Positions 18,981 through 28,790 of a stretch of DNA of 28,790 nt are shown here, one piece after another. The notes beneath the pieces were generated by a model. It did not search any database, was not told the DNA's origin, and worked only from the letters and a program-made list of their open reading frames with translations. Position 1 is the first letter of the stretch. Every line of letters begins with the position of its first letter. A program made the translations under genes and the position numbers. The stretch comes from Coriobacteriia bacterium (GTDB lineage: Bacteria; Actinomycetota; Coriobacteriia; Coriobacteriales; QAMH01), in contig CAAEQF010000158.1 in the NCBI GenBank assembly GCA_900758075.1, positions 1 through 28,790 of the forward strand, written 5' to 3'.

Positions 18981-19014
18981 TTAACTCAAACCTCCATATA
19001 TCGAGCGTGAAGCG

Positions 19015-21123
<2,109 letters not shown>

Positions 21124-21139
21124 TACTTGCTAACACTCC

Positions 21140-21610
21140 CTACCAACGATAATGCGAGAACGCACGGTTGGATTCGGCCATCTTGTAGACGTCCTCGCGC
21201 TTCTTGACAGAAGCGCCCAGGCCGTTGGAAGCGTCCATAATCTCTGCGGCGAGGCGCTGGGCCATGCTGCGCTCCTTGCGGGCACGGGAGTAGCCGACGA
21301 TCCAGCGGATAGCCAGCGTGGTGGAGCGGCGGGAGTTGACCTCGGTCGGGACCTGGTAGGTGGCGCCGCCGACACGACGGGGCTTGACCTCGACGGACGG
21401 ACGGACGTTCTCCATGGCCTTCTTGAAGACGCTGAGCGCGTCCTCGCCGGTCTTCTCGGCGACGATGTCGAAGGCGCCGTAGACGATGGACTCGGCAACG
21501 GAGCGCTTGCCGTCGAGCAGGACCTTGTTGATCAGCTGCGTGACGAGACGGTTGTTGTATACAGCATCCGGAGCGATCTCGCGGCGGACTGCAGCATTAC
21601 GACGTGGCAT
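21140..21610 (-). CDS. rpsG: 30S ribosomal protein S7
   Basis: [29 protein letters not shown]. Confidence 0.99.
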   Translation of the reverse strand: MPRRNAAVRREIAPDAVYNNRLVTQLINKVLLDGKRSVAESIVYGAFDIVAEKTGEDALSVFKKAMENVRPSVEVKPRRVGGATYQVPTEVNSRRSTTLAIRWIVGYSRARKERSMAQRLAAEIMDASNGLGASVKKREDVYKMAESNRAFSHYRW

Positions 21611-21631
21611 AAATCAATATCCTTTCGTAAC

Positions 21632-22006
21632 TTATTTCTTGGGCTTCTTGGCGCCGTAGCGGCTACGGGCCTGTGCACGATCGGACACGGCTGCGGTATC
21701 GAGAGCGCCGCGGATAATCTTGTAGCGGACACCAGGAAGGTCCCTAACACGGCCGCCGCGGATGAGCACCATGGAGTGCTCCTGCAGGTTGTGGCCGATG
21801 CCAGGGATGTAGGCAGTGACTTCCATCCCGTTGACGAGGCGGACACGCGCAACCTTGCGGAGTGCCGAATTAGGCTTTTTGGGGGTTGCGGTGTAGACGC
21901 GAGTGCAAACGCCGCGCTTCTGCGGGTTGCCCTTGAGAGCAGGAGACTTGGACTTCTCTGCTGCCTTCGCGCGGCCCTTGCGGACCAGCTGGTTAATGGT
22001 AGGCAA
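21632..22006 (-). CDS. rpsL: 30S ribosomal protein S12
   Basis: [36 protein letters not shown] start after GAAAGGA. Confidence 0.99.
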   Translation of the reverse strand: MPTINQLVRKGRAKAAEKSKSPALKGNPQKRGVCTRVYTATPKKPNSALRKVARVRLVNGMEVTAYIPGIGHNLQEHSMVLIRGGRVRDLPGVRYKIIRGALDTAAVSDRAQARSRYGAKKPKK

Positions 22007-22162
22007 TGTGGGTTCCTTTCCGTTTGCTACCTTTTACTAAGAACAGGCGCTTGAATGCTGTCAGGTTTCGCCTGATTGCACGTCATGCCTGTAATCAGCC
22101 GAAACCTGACCCGGGCACACAAGCGCACAGCACTGCCAGTCCAACTGACAGCGCGAGTGGGT

Positions 22163-22191
22163 ACATTACTACCCGATTTCAGGGATGTCAA
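22163..22191 (-). promoter_or_regulatory. Sigma-A promoter of the rpsL (str) operon
   Basis: Perfect TTGACA (22191-22186), exactly 17 nt, TAATGT (22168-22163). Confidence 0.8.
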
Positions 22192-22307
22192 ACGCCACGG
22201 TTCCGGGCGTATCCCCCTGGCAGTCGCAGCTGACCTGCAGCGCTGCAAAATCTTTCAGAATTTCGCGTGTTATGTGTCCGCGGGGCCGTCTTGCTTGCCC
22301 GCAGACC

Positions 22308-22763
22308 TCACTTCTTCGCAGAGCGGGCGGCGAGAAGGCGTCTCAGGATTTCTCCTCCCGCCCAGGCGATGGCGATGCCGAAGGCGATGGCGAAGACGAA
22401 TTCGGTCGTGAGCAGGCCGTAACTGAGCGCCCACTCGGCATTTCCCTGCACGGCGTAGCTCATTGTGTAGTACAGGCCGCTGCCGGGGATGAGCGGAATC
22501 TCGCATACGATGTAGAAAATTGCGAGCGGCGCTTTGAACCTGACCGCGAGCACCTGCGCGTACACGGCGGCAAATGCCGAGGCGACGAGGCACGGCACGA
22601 ACACCCCCGACGCGAGCTGGCCACACGCGAGGTAGACCGCCCAAGTGAAAAGGCCGCCGAGCGACGCTGGGACGAGCAACCCCGGGCGCAGGTTGAACAG
22701 GAGGGCGAAGCCGAGAGATGCCGGGAACGCCATCGCGAGCTGTACGAGCGCCTGCGTCGTCAT
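22308..22763 (-). CDS. ThrE-family exporter small subunit (ThrE_2 / YjjB-like), 151 aa
   Basis: MTTQALVQLAMAFPASLGFALLFN...FKAPLAIF...IPLIPGSGLYYTM; hydrophobic throughout; ATG overlaps the upstream TGA (ATGA at 22763-22760). ORF track 5' extension is not real. Confidence 0.85.
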   Translation of the reverse strand: MTTQALVQLAMAFPASLGFALLFNLRPGLLVPASLGGLFTWAVYLACGQLASGVFVPCLVASAFAAVYAQVLAVRFKAPLAIFYIVCEIPLIPGSGLYYTMSYAVQGNAEWALSYGLLTTEFVFAIAFGIAIAWAGGEILRRLLAARSAKK

Positions 22764-23527
22764 GTGCCCACCGCCATGATGGCGACCATGTAGCCGAGCG
22801 CGAGTGCGCCCGCCCACAGAAGTGACTCGATGAGGCGCAGCGCCCCGGCAACCGTGTCGCCCGCGAGCATGTCGCGCATCGCGTTGGTAATCGCGATGCC
22901 GGGAATCAGCAGCATGATGTCGCCGATGATGATCTTGTCGATGTTTAAACCAGGAACCACCTGGGCGGCAAGGCAGATGCCGAGGCCCGAGACGAGCGCC
23001 GCGACAAAATCGAAGACGATTTCGTTGGGGCAATAGGGCCTGAACCTGCTCTGAAGCACGCAGATGAGCACGGCGAACAGCGCCGAGACCACGCCGTCTA
23101 GCGGCGAACCGCCAAAGAACACCGCGAACGAACCTGCCGCCAGGACACTACCCACGTACAGGTACGGGCGTGAAACACAGGAGTTGTTGATGCGCTCGAG
23201 CTCCACGGCGATCTGCTCGGGCCCGACCTTTTCATCGCAGCACCTGCGACACAGCGCGTTGAGCCGTTCGAGCCTGCCGAAGTTGTTGGACAGCGCCGTG
23301 TGAATGCGCCGGCTTTGCGTATGCTCTTTCCCAAGGCCGTCGAGCATGGTGACTAGAATCGAACTCGTGATCACGAACACGTTCATGTCGCGCGCACCGT
23401 AGGAATGGCCGATGCGCACGAGCGACTCTTCGACCAGGTTGACGTCTGCCCCACAGGCGATCATCGAGGCGCCGAGGTCGAGCATCTGCGTGAGCAGGCC
23501 ATCGGGTATGACACTTTGCTGTGCCAT
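22760..23527 (-). CDS. ThrE-family threonine/serine (or succinate) exporter large subunit (YjjP-like), 255 aa
   Basis: LDLGASMIACGADVNLVEESL.RI soluble N-terminal region, then TM helices with FAVFFGG and IMLLIPGIAITNAMRDMLAGD; ATG 23527 preceded by GAGGAGG. Confidence 0.88.
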   Translation of the reverse strand: MAQQSVIPDGLLTQMLDLGASMIACGADVNLVEESLVRIGHSYGARDMNVFVITSSILVTMLDGLGKEHTQSRRIHTALSNNFGRLERLNALCRRCCDEKVGPEQIAVELERINNSCVSRPYLYVGSVLAAGSFAVFFGGSPLDGVVSALFAVLICVLQSRFRPYCPNEIVFDFVAALVSGLGICLAAQVVPGLNIDKIIIGDIMLLIPGIAITNAMRDMLAGDTVAGALRLIESLLWAGALALGYMVAIMAVGT

Positions 23528-23554
23528 CGGCACCTCCTCGGAAACGATCGTCAC

Positions 23555-23588
23555 AACAGAAAGAGGGAGCCCGGTTTCCCGAGCTCCC
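23555..23588 (-). terminator. Intrinsic terminator of rpoBC
   Basis: GGGAGCUCGG-GAAA-CCGGGCUCCC (10 bp, one G-U, GNRA loop) followed by UCUUUCUGUU, 21 nt after the rpoC stop. Confidence 0.8.
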
Positions 23589-23592
23589 CCAA

Positions 23593-23609
23593 ACTATAGC
23601 AGGCGTTTT

Positions 23610-23620
<11 letters not shown>
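23593..23620 (-). promoter_or_regulatory. Candidate extended -10 promoter for the ThrE pair
   Basis: TGc-TATAGT (23601-23593) with TCGACG (23620-23615) 16 nt upstream of the hexamer. Confidence 0.5.
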
Positions 23621-28031
<4,411 letters not shown>

Positions 28032-28034
28032 TCC

Positions 28035-28790
<756 letters not shown>

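Noticed and set aside
22236..22247. 12-bp palindrome TGCAGCGCTGCA upstream of the rpsL promoter
   Set aside because: Short and GC-rich; plausible by chance with no second copy noticed.

Overview
A GC-rich bacterial core-genome window in which every real gene lies on the minus strand. In transcription order: 3' end of rpoB, rpoC, a two-gene ThrE-family exporter (YjjP/YjjB-like), rpsL-rpsG-fusA-rpsJ (no tuf), the S10/spc/alpha ribosomal supercluster (rplC to rplQ, including secY, adk, map, infA, rpmJ, rpoA), a lone ecfT, truA, acpP and the 5' part of fabK. The actinobacterial-type beta' insertion together with Firmicutes-like adk-map-infA, ecfT-truA and acpP-fabK arrangements suggests Coriobacteriia (inference, not verified). 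I see no mobile element, CRISPR array, rRNA or tRNA. The most striking observation is a ~230-aa C-terminal extension on RpoC containing an alphaCTD-like domain that aligns without gaps to this window's own RpoA CTD (22/56 identical by hand count) and keeps key DNA-contact residues. Also notable: RpsL has Arg (AGG) at the streptomycin-resistance position K88, RplP has a His/Glu-rich repeated tail, the S10 operon appears split after rpsJ, and several normally tight junctions hold 100-170 nt hairpin-rich spacers. All structures were paired by eye; no database search or folding calculation was run.
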